A DNA stretch of 24,000 nucleotides from Clostridia bacterium DTU080 (GCA_001513395.1 LFTP01000089.1:1-24000), one strand, 5' to 3'; counted from the first letter of the stretch, positions 1 through 8,070 are shown. The notes: generated by a model not told the origin, from the letters alone. Translations and numbers: made by a program.

Positions 1-1
1 T

Positions 2-598
2 GAGGCCGAGGCACAACTCGCGGCGGGGGACAGGGGGAGACTGTACAGCCTCTTGATGGAGGAAGCCGCCAAAGCTCCGGCCGGCAGTGACGGCTTGCTT
101 TTCCTCCCCGATCTTCTCGGGTCCGTTTGTCCGACGAATGAGGCGGCTCGCGGAGCGTGGATCGGTTTGCGGCCCCATCATCGCCGGGCACATCTGCTGC
201 GCTCGGCAGTTGAAGGTCTGGCTCACGATTCCTTCCTGAATCTCTCGCGCATGGAAAGCTTGAGCGGGATGAAGGGCGATTCCGTAGTGGTGATCGGAGG
301 CGGGACGCGCAACAATCTATGGATGCAGGCCAAGGCCGACGTGGCCCAACGTCCTATGCATGTGCCGCTGACTGATGAGGCCACTACACTCGGAGCAGCT
401 ATCCTGGGCGCCGTAGGTGCAGGACTTCATAAAGACGTAAAAGCCGCCCTTGAGGCTGTCAAACTCGAAGAGCGGGTGGTAACTCCGAACCCGGGACTGG
501 CCGAGGTGTACAGCAAAGCGCACGAGGCCTTTACCAAGATCTATCCGGGTCTGGTCGATGTGTTTGATGCCTTGGTTTCGGCTGAAGGCGCAAAGTGA
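2..598 (+). CDS. FGGY-family carbohydrate kinase (xylulokinase/glycerol-kinase-like), C-terminal part; 5' end lies off the window
   Basis: The frame is open from base 2 with no upstream stop, so the listed start at 53 is only an internal codon. The translation EAAKAPAGSDGLLFLP...VVVIGGGTRNNLWMQAKADV...TTLGAAILGAVGAG matches the FGGY C-terminal domain pattern, as in E. coli XylB (GSEGLLFLPYL, IGGGARS). Confidence 0.85.
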   Translation, partial: EAEAQLAAGDRGRLYSLLMEEAAKAPAGSDGLLFLPDLLGSVCPTNEAARGAWIGLRPHHRRAHLLRSAVEGLAHDSFLNLSRMESLSGMKGDSVVVIGGGTRNNLWMQAKADVAQRPMHVPLTDEATTLGAAILGAVGAGLHKDVKAALEAVKLEERVVTPNPGLAEVYSKAHEAFTKIYPGLVDVFDALVSAEGAK

Positions 599-2957
599 TG
601 ATGACGTGAGGCCGAAAAAGCACGTCTATTTGCTTGGAGTCATGACAGCTTAAAGGTTGCACAATCGATTCATCGAGGTTGGCCAGATAGGCATTTGCCA
701 CTGGCCAACCTGTTTTCAGTCTGCCTTCGATGGTCTCGTCCGTGGGGTTGTAGGCCCGGACGATCACCGCTTCGCCGTCTTCACTGCGCTTGACAGCGGT
801 GATAAGCAGCGGAGCTGGCTCCAGATCTGCGATGCTGAAGCTTGAAAGGCCGCCTCGCGAATCACCGAGTTCATGTGAGGAAAAGGTCCGAAATGCGGCG
901 CAGAACTCCCAGGCGGTACGAAAGGCTTCTTTCCAATCCCCTGTATGGGGAATCAGCGCGTAGTCGAAATCTCGAACGGCTGCGCTTTCGTCATCGATGT
1001 TCCCTGTCGCCTTCATCAGAGTCAGCGCTATGGTACCGGCGGGAGTGGGCTTGACCTCATACTCAAAAAGACCGCGTCCGGCCACCATAAGCCCGCGGTT
1101 TCTGCCGTTGATATCTATAAATCCTCCTGTGAGCATATGCGTTGCGGTTCGCGGGCATCTTCCGTGTTCGCGCTCGACCACATCGAAGGGCTGGGCTACC
1201 CGACACCGGCCACCGGAGATGTCCGTCGAGAACAAGACCCGCAATCGGTGGGTCGAGGATGGACAGGTGATCCGGGTATGGATGTCAACTCGCGGAACAC
1301 CGCGCCGCAAGGTGACGAATGATATGACCTCTCCCGTGATGCCCTGGTCGGAGAAAGAGCGCGGTTCAGAGGAAAAATCGAAGCTGTGTTGGACTTGAAT
1401 GGTGGCCGAAAAAACACCGTTCTCGATGATAGACACCTGTGCGGGAGCGGCATAGGTAGTGATAATGCGATCGTGAGCCGATGCTTCGTGTGGCGGCAGT
1501 GCTCCCGGATCGCCACCGGCTTCGAAGACATTGCAATTGTCGAAACTCAGGCCTGAGCGTTTATCCTCTATGCGCAGTGCTCCGTTGGCTTTTATCCCGA
1601 TGCGCAAGAACTCGTTCTCCAGCGTGTTACCGGCAGCCAAAGACTCACCCATGAAGTAGGGGCGGGTTGCAGAGGCTACGACTTCAAGGCGCCTGAAGCC
1701 CAATGGCGGTATTTCCGGGGTCGGAAAAGAGATGGTAAACCGACGGACGTTCTGTCTGGGGGTAGTCTCCACGCGGTGGAGCTGATAAGGCACGCTCTGT
1801 CCCTTGTCAGAAAGAAGACGCAGATAGGGGCTGTGTGTGCTCAATTCGATACAGGCCGTCACCACTTCGCTGCGAGCCCAATTGAGCGGATTGACCACCC
1901 ACAGCGATATCGACTCATCATCGTCGGGGTTGCGGGTGAGAGCCGATTCGGCACCGGAAGCTTTCACTACCGAAGCCAAATGAGTACGGGTGATGAGCTC
2001 CGCCAACTCTTTGCCGGATTCGGCCTGTACCCACATGTGGCGATGGAGGGCGCTCTCAGGGCCGTTGGTGCCCCTTTGGTTTTGCAAGAGGCCGATCCAA
2101 GCTCGCTCTAAAAAGCGATCGGGATAATCCGCGCCCAGCAGCCAAGCCGCCGTGGCCCACGGCTCGGCCCAGCGTTCCAATGCCGAGGCAGCCTGCCAAC
2201 AAACAAGACTTAGATCCGGCCAGAGCGTATAGGGCTCCGGCGTTCGAGGAGGTCCCTCAGTCTCTTCAGCAGTGTTGACTTCGCCCCAGGTCGCAGTGAC
2301 GTTCTCGACGCTCGGTAAGCTCGCCTCACTTAAGACAGCGGGAACCACGTCAGGCTTTGGAGTGGCGGTGAACATACCGTCGAAAAACAAGCCGGGCACC
2401 TGACCGACAAAGGACGTGATCTGCGAGGGATGAGTGACGGAGGGCATGTTAACTAGAAGAAGTGCGCTTCCGTCCATGCTGTGCCAGCGACGCACCTCAA
2501 AGCGAGACGAGGGCACGCAGGCCGCCCGTAGACCGAAGCCGCGAAGAATCTGAGGCATCTGGCTGTTGTAGAACGGAGATGGCGGCAGAATGCATACCTT
2601 GGAATCGCTTCCGAGAGCCCTCGAGCGTGATGTGCCCAAAAGCAGATTGCGCACCAGGCTTTCATCTGAAACGAAGGGCAAAAAAGGCGGAGTGTACCAC
2701 GGACCGAAACAGATCTGTCCGGAGCGTACCAAGGCTTTGATCCGCGATCTGACTTCCGGAAACATCTGAAGCCATATATCCGTGAGATCGCCTGCACCGT
2801 CGATATGCAGCGGCGTTGGTATGTCAGAGGCGGCCAAAATCGCCAAAAGGGCGTCCATTCGTCGCACCCACATGTACAATAACTCCGGATAACTGTTATG
2901 TTTGTCTATCTCCCAGGGTAATCGGGGGAAAATACGAATGGCGACCAACTCTGCCAC
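531..2957 (-). CDS. Glycoside hydrolase family 38 (MngB / alpha-mannosidase-like) homolog with substituted active-site motifs
   Basis: An 808-aa ORF with a GTG start and AGGAG 3 nt upstream. GH38 blocks are recognisable: GPWYT...SDESLVRNLLLG, MPQILRGFG, RLRVLF, YALIPHTGDW. The catalytic positions are not conserved (see findings). The 3' end overlaps the FGGY gene by 68 nt. Confidence 0.85.
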   Translation of the reverse strand: MAELVAIRIFPRLPWEIDKHNSYPELLYMWVRRMDALLAILAASDIPTPLHIDGAGDLTDIWLQMFPEVRSRIKALVRSGQICFGPWYTPPFLPFVSDESLVRNLLLGTSRSRALGSDSKVCILPPSPFYNSQMPQILRGFGLRAACVPSSRFEVRRWHSMDGSALLLVNMPSVTHPSQITSFVGQVPGLFFDGMFTATPKPDVVPAVLSEASLPSVENVTATWGEVNTAEETEGPPRTPEPYTLWPDLSLVCWQAASALERWAEPWATAAWLLGADYPDRFLERAWIGLLQNQRGTNGPESALHRHMWVQAESGKELAELITRTHLASVVKASGAESALTRNPDDDESISLWVVNPLNWARSEVVTACIELSTHSPYLRLLSDKGQSVPYQLHRVETTPRQNVRRFTISFPTPEIPPLGFRRLEVVASATRPYFMGESLAAGNTLENEFLRIGIKANGALRIEDKRSGLSFDNCNVFEAGGDPGALPPHEASAHDRIITTYAAPAQVSIIENGVFSATIQVQHSFDFSSEPRSFSDQGITGEVISFVTLRRGVPRVDIHTRITCPSSTHRLRVLFSTDISGGRCRVAQPFDVVEREHGRCPRTATHMLTGGFIDINGRNRGLMVAGRGLFEYEVKPTPAGTIALTLMKATGNIDDESAAVRDFDYALIPHTGDWKEAFRTAWEFCAAFRTFSSHELGDSRGGLSSFSIADLEPAPLLITAVKRSEDGEAVIVRAYNPTDETIEGRLKTGWPVANAYLANLDESIVQPLSCHDSKQIDVLFRPHVIITLRLQPKPRHQTHRPDPDRSW

Positions 2958-3165
2958 CAGCTCCTATGTGATGAATATGAGTGAGGCGATCGTTCATCTT
3001 CGGTTAATCTTTCGCTCGGTTCGCTGCGTATCCCTTTTTCACCGGCCAGCAGGGAAGCAGAGCGTTGAGCACGTATCATGTCTAGCAAGGGAACTTTGAG
3101 CGAGGTGTTCAAAGGTGACAAAACCCAGACCCAGTGCGGGTCGTCGACTTCACAAAGGGTGGTTC

Positions 3166-3300
3166 ATGAGTGACGTGGAGCGGCGGGCGCGCGAGTTTCA
3201 GTATGCGCTTGAACGCGGATACTCAGATTCAGAGGATCAGTTCGGCAAAGACCCGAAGCAAGTGCTGGACGAGCTTCCGGGAGATGATGAAAGACGGTAG
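3166..3300 (+). CDS. Small acidic hypothetical protein (44 aa)
   Basis: ATG at 3166 is preceded by AAGGGTGG (3155-3162). The ORF ends 11 nt before the next gene. I recognise no family, so it may not be expressed. Confidence 0.3.
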   Translation: MSDVERRAREFQYALERGYSDSEDQFGKDPKQVLDELPGDDERR

Positions 3301-3311
3301 GGGGATGGCGC

Positions 3312-3995
3312 ATGGAGGCACCTACTGGAGCGAAAACCTATTTCGATCTGGACGGTTATGCCCACAAGGAACTGTTTGCTGACTGCGAGCATGTCTGGGA
3401 GGTTCTGCCCAAACTTCCGACCTACATCGATGCACATCTAAGGCCGGGTCTGCATGGTGTGGTGATGGAAGGCGCCTGGGTAGGGCCGCGAGTGTATCTG
3501 GGACCGGGGTCCGTGGTTGAGCCGGGAGCGATGATCAAAGGGCCGGCGATCATCGGCTCCAACACGGTCATCAGGCAGGGGGCCTATCTGAGGGAGAACT
3601 GTTTGATCGGAGACAACTGCGTAATCGGGCACGCCAGCGAAGTCAAAGCGAGTATTATGTTGGACGGCAGTCAGGCGCCCCATTTCAACTACGTGGGTGA
3701 CAGCATAGTCGGTCGCCAAGTCAATTTGGGTGCCGGAGTGAAGCTTTCCAACGTGAAAAACGCCGGCGGAGTCATTCGCGTCGTCCTCGGCGAGCAGGAG
3801 TGGTCTACGGGCCTACATAAATTCGGGGCTGTCATCGGAGATCGGTCGGCGCTGGGCTGCAATTGCGTCACCAGCCCGGGCAGTCTCATCGGTCCTGAGT
3901 GTTTGGTCTATGCAAATGTGGTGGTCCGAGGGATCATTCCTCCGAGGAGTATCGTTAAATTGCGGCAGGTGCAAGAGGTTGTCCCCAGACGGTAG
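3312..3995 (+). CDS. Left-handed beta-helix (hexapeptide-repeat) transferase-family protein, stand-alone (no nucleotidyltransferase domain)
   Basis: ATG 3312 has a GGGGGA SD upstream. The sequence shows repeated [LIV]-G-x-x-x-x hexads (VGPRVYLGPGSVVEPGAMIKGPAIIGSNTVIRQGAYLRENCLIGDNCVIGHASEV...VGRQVNLGAGVKLSN), resembling the C-terminal half of GlmU/RmlA-like enzymes. Confidence 0.75.
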   Translation: MEAPTGAKTYFDLDGYAHKELFADCEHVWEVLPKLPTYIDAHLRPGLHGVVMEGAWVGPRVYLGPGSVVEPGAMIKGPAIIGSNTVIRQGAYLRENCLIGDNCVIGHASEVKASIMLDGSQAPHFNYVGDSIVGRQVNLGAGVKLSNVKNAGGVIRVVLGEQEWSTGLHKFGAVIGDRSALGCNCVTSPGSLIGPECLVYANVVVRGIIPPRSIVKLRQVQEVVPRR

Positions 3996-4053
3996 ACTCG
4001 GGACCCGTGAGATTCTGCGGCGATTCCTGCAACAGGAGGGGCTTGATATACCC

Positions 4054-4584
4054 TTGCATGAGGCTTGGGTGAAGCCTGACCGCCAAAGACTGGGCGCTTT
4101 GTGCTTTGTTGAGCACCAGGGCCGGGTTTTGATGTTGCAAAGACGCAAAGAGCCTTTGTTCGGATATTGGACCGCCCCGGGCGGCAAGCTGGAGCGGCAT
4201 GAGGATCCCAGACAAGCCATCGGGCGCGAAATAGGCGAAGAAACCGGCCTTTGTCTGCGTTCCGCGAGATTGCAGCTTGTTGTGTCCGAACTGTCTCCGG
4301 ATCTGTCGTACAACTGGTTGTTGTTCGTCTTTCGCGGTGCAGTGGACACAGACCGATTGACTGAGAGCCAGGAGGGGCCTGTGCGCTGGGTGCCTCTCGC
4401 CGAGTTACCTAAACTCGATATGGCGGCTATCGATGTTCAATTGCTGCCGTTTGTGTATGATGATCATCGACGCTACCTCATTCACATCTTCTTCGATCGT
4501 CCGCCTGAGGGAAAGATCGTGCGGGTGGATGCCTTTCCAAAGATGAAAACATGCTCACCAGATCGGCATGACACAGCATTGTAG
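4054..4584 (+). CDS. Nudix hydrolase
   Basis: The Nudix box GGKLERHEDPRQAIGREIGEETGL fits GX5EX7REUXEEXGU. The start is uncertain. The track ATG at 3910 would overlap the previous gene by 86 nt. I prefer the in-frame TTG at 4054, downstream of AGGAGG (4034-4039); GTG at 4069 is an alternative. Confidence 0.8.
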   Translation: MHEAWVKPDRQRLGALCFVEHQGRVLMLQRRKEPLFGYWTAPGGKLERHEDPRQAIGREIGEETGLCLRSARLQLVVSELSPDLSYNWLLFVFRGAVDTDRLTESQEGPVRWVPLAELPKLDMAAIDVQLLPFVYDDHRRYLIHIFFDRPPEGKIVRVDAFPKMKTCSPDRHDTAL

Positions 4585-4614
4585 GGGGGAAGGCCGATTC
4601 GCTATTGTGTATGG

Positions 4615-6372
4615 GTGTCGACAAAAGCCTTGGAGCCGTCACCCATACCTTCCTCCCTTCGTTCATATAACACCCTTTGGGGAGTCTCATGTGATCCCGA
4701 TGTGGAGAGAGCTCTGTTGCCTTCGGGCGCCACAATGCATCTTGTGACGCCTTTTCTTCCCTTGTGGCTGGCTGAAGCCGCCGCGCGCTATGTGCGCGGA
4801 GCAGCGCTTCGACACGTGTGGCTGACCAGACTGAGGGTGCGCCGCCTGTTGGCCATGTGGGGCCGGCAAAGCACATGGCGGCGGTTTGATCCGTTCCCCT
4901 ATAGCCCTTCTTCAGCTTTCAACCGTGGCGACCCCCTATCTGAACAGAGACTGAAAGATATTCTGAGCATTTTAAGGAACCGCTGGCTTCTCGACGACGA
5001 GCTGACTCATGCCTGCCGGGAGAGAGCTTTGGGTTCCAATCCTCCCTCAGGTACGGAACTCCAGCAGATGTTTCTGGCGGGTCTGATTGAGCGCCGGGCG
5101 GCCGTCGGCATGGGCAGCTTCGGGCGCCTTGAATGTCGCCGCTGCGGAGGTCAGACATCGGTCGTCGTCGTTGAATGTGCGGTCTGTGGCGGCGAGTGTC
5201 CGGAGTGTCGGGAGTGTCTCTCCTGGGGAGTGGCCCGAGGATGCTCGGCGCTGTTGTCAGCGACTTCCGTTGAACCCGTCTGTCGGCAGCGGAGCGGCCT
5301 TCGACCCGTTTCCTACCACCTTCCTTTTGCTCTTTCCTCGGCGCAGGCTACTGCCGCCACTGAGATCCAAGAGGCGATCGACCAGGGCAAGCGCCGCGTC
5401 TTGGTTTGGGCCGTTTGCGGAGCGGGCAAGACCGAAGTGGTCTATGAGCCCATGGCTCAGACCCTAAGACGCGGAGGCCGAGTCTTGATTATGACTCCTC
5501 GGCGGGATGTGACTGCCGATCTTTGTGAGAGACTGAAGTCCGTCTTTTCTTCGGAGTCGATCGCCGGTCTTTACGGAGGCGCACCACAAAAGTATCCCGA
5601 GGCGGAGGTTTTTGTGGCCACTACCCATCAAGCGGTGCGTTTGGGGGGACAGTTTGATCTTGTGGTGTTTGATGAATGCGATGCCTTTCCCTACACTGAC
5701 AGTCCGGTGTTACAAAGAGCGGTCGCCCGACTGGCCGACTTGGCGGGCTGTTTTGTACAGATGACAGCCACGCCGACGAAACCCCAGCTGCAGCGGGCTC
5801 AGCAAGCCGACTCGCGGTTGGTCTATATCCCTGCTCGTCACCACGGCCATCCCTTACCCGTGCCCGTCGTGCATGTCGACTCAAGCCTGACAAAGGAGTC
5901 TTTGCACCGGATCCCCCGAGCTCTCAGAGAGGCTCTTGTCCAGACCATGGATGAGGGGGCACAGCTTCTAATCTTCGTACCCCGTCGGGCTTTAGTTGAG
6001 CCTGTGGTGGCCGCCTTGCGGCGGGAGGGGTACCGGAGGGTCATGGGTGTATATTCAGGCTCTCAAGAACGCGATGCAGTACGCGAGGCCTTAAGGACGG
6101 GCGCTGTGGAGGTTGTGGTTTCGACGACTGTCTTTGAGCGCGGTCTGACTTTTCCTATGGTCAATGTAGCCGTGTTGTTCGCTGACGCCGAGCGAGTATT
6201 CGACGCCGCGGCTTTGATACAGATGGCCGGTCGGGTCGGTCGGACGCCGCAGAGACCTACCGGTCGCGTCTGGTTCATCTGTTCACGGCCCGGTCGGCAA
6301 ATACGGGAGGCGTGCGCCGCCATCGAGACCCTTAACAGGATGGCTAAAGAACGCGGATTGCTGAAAGCGTGA
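4615..6372 (+). CDS. comFA: ComFA-like DEAD/DEAH-box competence helicase
   Basis: Cys cluster CRRCGG...CAVCGGECPECRECL, Walker A WAVCGAGKTEV, motif II VFDECDAF, motif III MTATP, and C-terminal QMAGRVGR. The sequence is collinear with B. subtilis ComFA as I remember it. The GTG start at 4615 has no clear SD, so the true start may lie further downstream (ATG 4735 or 4855). Confidence 0.85.
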   Translation: MSTKALEPSPIPSSLRSYNTLWGVSCDPDVERALLPSGATMHLVTPFLPLWLAEAAARYVRGAALRHVWLTRLRVRRLLAMWGRQSTWRRFDPFPYSPSSAFNRGDPLSEQRLKDILSILRNRWLLDDELTHACRERALGSNPPSGTELQQMFLAGLIERRAAVGMGSFGRLECRRCGGQTSVVVVECAVCGGECPECRECLSWGVARGCSALLSATSVEPVCRQRSGLRPVSYHLPFALSSAQATAATEIQEAIDQGKRRVLVWAVCGAGKTEVVYEPMAQTLRRGGRVLIMTPRRDVTADLCERLKSVFSSESIAGLYGGAPQKYPEAEVFVATTHQAVRLGGQFDLVVFDECDAFPYTDSPVLQRAVARLADLAGCFVQMTATPTKPQLQRAQQADSRLVYIPARHHGHPLPVPVVHVDSSLTKESLHRIPRALREALVQTMDEGAQLLIFVPRRALVEPVVAALRREGYRRVMGVYSGSQERDAVREALRTGAVEVVVSTTVFERGLTFPMVNVAVLFADAERVFDAAALIQMAGRVGRTPQRPTGRVWFICSRPGRQIREACAAIETLNRMAKERGLLKA

Positions 6373-6390
6373 TCCTCATGGAGGTGTCAG

Positions 6391-7224
6391 ATGCGCTTCT
6401 TGCGAACCCTTATTGCCGAGGCGGAGCAGATGCTTTTTGCTCCGGCGAAGACTTGTTATCTGTGCGAGCGCCCTCTACGGCCGCCTGTTTTGCCCTGGCC
6501 GTCTCTCATTGATGAAGTACTCATGAGTTTTTGTCCGACATGTCTGCGCCGGATTCCTTGGGTGGTGCCGCCTTTTTGTGAACGCTGCGGTCGTCCCGTC
6601 GCAGGCGACGAAGCACTGTGCCCGATCTGTCATTCGGGAGCGGAAACGCTTAAGGGGCGAAGTCTGGCTGTTTACGACGGAGTCATCAAGCGACTCTTGG
6701 ACGATGTCAGCGTCAAGGGCGTGCGTGAGTTGGCGGACCCGTTGGGATATCTCATCGGGGTCGTTGCAGAGGAGTTGGTGAGAGACTGGGGCTCATTTGT
6801 CATTGTACCCGTTCCTCTCCACAGCGAGCGTCTGGTCGAAAGGGGATTTAACCAAGCCGATTTGTTGGCCGCATCAGCGGCGCGCGTGCTCAGGCGTCCC
6901 GTGTGGGGGGACGTCTTGGAGCGAAAAAAGGCTACATCACCTCAGAACAGATTGTCGGTATCTGAGCGCCGGATAAACATGGCAGGCGCTTTTGCCGTGA
7001 CCAGGCCGGATCGGGTGGCGAACGGGCGCTTTCTTCTGATCGATGATGTGCATACTACAGGCGCTACGCTCTCGGAAGCGGCAGCGGCATTGATGCGAGC
7101 CGGGGCTGCCGAGGTGCGCTTTGTCACGGTGGGGGTTGCAGTGGCCTTGAAGGATATGCTAGACTTACCCGGTAGTGGACAAGAGGAAAACGGCGAAAAG
7201 CATCGAAAAGGATCCGGCAAATAA
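6391..7224 (+). CDS. comFC: ComFC/ComF-family phosphoribosyltransferase-like competence protein
   Basis: GGAGGTG SD sits before ATG 6391. There is an N-terminal double zinc ribbon (CYLCERP...CPTCLRR...CERCGRP...CPICH) and a C-terminal PRTase motif ([14 protein letters not shown]). The gene lies directly downstream of comFA. Confidence 0.9.
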   Translation: MRFLRTLIAEAEQMLFAPAKTCYLCERPLRPPVLPWPSLIDEVLMSFCPTCLRRIPWVVPPFCERCGRPVAGDEALCPICHSGAETLKGRSLAVYDGVIKRLLDDVSVKGVRELADPLGYLIGVVAEELVRDWGSFVIVPVPLHSERLVERGFNQADLLAASAARVLRRPVWGDVLERKKATSPQNRLSVSERRINMAGAFAVTRPDRVANGRFLLIDDVHTTGATLSEAAAALMRAGAAEVRFVTVGVAVALKDMLDLPGSGQEENGEKHRKGSGK

Positions 7225-7276
7225 CGGATCGCTTCAGCCCGAGGGCTGTTGCAGTCTCGCCCAAGGAGGGACTCAC

Positions 7277-7492
7277 ATGCTGGTGCTCACGCGCAAGCGC
7301 GATGAGAGCATCTTCATCGGTGACGACATTAGAATAACGGTTGTTGATGTCCGCGGTGATCAGGTAAAGATCGGCATAGACGCCCCTAGACATGTACCCG
7401 TCCATCGGGAAGAGGTATACAAAGAGATTCAAGAGGAAGCCCGACAGGCGGACGCAGGGACCGATACTGAAGAAAGCGTCGTCCGGTACTAG
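7277..7492 (+). CDS. csrA: Carbon storage regulator / translational repressor CsrA
   Basis: ATG 7277 is preceded by AAGGAGGG (7263-7270). The protein [48 protein letters not shown] is a textbook CsrA sequence. The track ORF start at 7175 is an upstream extension. Confidence 0.92.
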   Translation: MLVLTRKRDESIFIGDDIRITVVDVRGDQVKIGIDAPRHVPVHREEVYKEIQEEARQADAGTDTEESVVRY

Positions 7493-7521
7493 GGGAGTAG
7501 CCAAACTGGGCGTCAAACAGT

Positions 7522-7568
7522 CGGCTTGCGGTTGTTAAAGCGACCGCGAGCCGTTTGATTTGTCTGTT
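7522..7568 (+). terminator. Intrinsic terminator after csrA
   Basis: Arm cggcttgcggt (7522-7532) pairs with accgcgagccg (7543-7553): 11 bp with one G-U, extendable by 2 bp into the loop. A T-rich tail tttgatttgtctgtt follows. Confidence 0.6.
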
Positions 7569-7595
7569 AAAGGGCGCTGTTTCTTCTCGTTTGGC

Positions 7596-7624
7596 TTGCG
7601 GTGTTCTAATGAGCGAAGTATAAC
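7596..7624 (+). promoter_or_regulatory. Possible sigma-A-type promoter for the non-coding region upstream of hpf
   Basis: TTGCGG (7596-7601), a 17-nt spacer, then TATAAC (7619-7624). This is a sequence match only. Confidence 0.3.
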
Positions 7625-7630
7625 AAATTG

Positions 7631-8058
7631 CCGTCCTCACACAGGTCTGTGGTTGAAAGTCGATGCCAGCCGTAGGCGAAACGACCCACGTAAGGCAACT
7701 CCAAAAACTTCTTGGTTGCTGAGCATGGTACGGCTTAGAGTAAGTCCTATGGGCCGCGGTCCTTGTCCAAGGCTCCGTCGGTGCTAGGCAAATGTGGGGG
7801 CAAAGACCAGGTCAGCTGTGGGAGGGCGGCGTATTTTTCCAGGATGAGTCGCTGTGCTGTCGTGACGGCCGTATTACATCCAGGCGTGGTTGGTAGCCCT
7901 AAAGGCTTCGGTGCTGCGGACAGATATGGCGTTTTTGTCGCCGGCCAGCAGACAAAGGCGTGCCCTTCCGGTCCACGGGAAGGGCTATTGCATCTTAGGC
8001 TGATGCTGACAACGGACGCTGGTTGTCCATCAAGAAGAAGGCTGGGCGGGCTTTTTTT
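7631..8058 (+). ncRNA. Candidate structured ncRNA or long hpf leader; positional candidate for the raiA-motif RNA
   Basis: There is no credible ORF here. Helices checked by hand: 7668-7674/7729-7735 enclosing hairpin 7694-7699/7715-7720; 7839-7846/7877-7884; GC hairpin 7962-7969/7978-7985; hairpin 7990-7994/8002-8006. A T7 tract lies at 8052-8058. The locus (downstream of comFC, directly upstream of hpf/raiA) is the typical home of the raiA motif. Boundaries are guesses, and I cannot verify the consensus from memory. Confidence 0.4.
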
Positions 8059-8070
8059 GGGCGGCTTCCA

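Noticed and set aside
3910-4053. ATG 3910 as the Nudix start (224-aa product)
   Set aside because: It would overlap the LbH gene by 86 nt, and the extra N-terminal residues (MQMWWSEGSFLRGVSLNCGRCKRLS...) look like off-frame read-through of the LbH 3' end. A downstream TTG or GTG start after AGGAGG is more plausible.
8041-8060. T7 tract (8052-8058) preceded by GC-rich gctgggcgggc, considered as a canonical intrinsic terminator
   Set aside because: I could not find a complementary 5' arm for a stem directly upstream. The only match is a 5-bp long-range pairing, 7945-7949 with 8041-8045. It is kept only as a possible 3' boundary of the candidate RNA.
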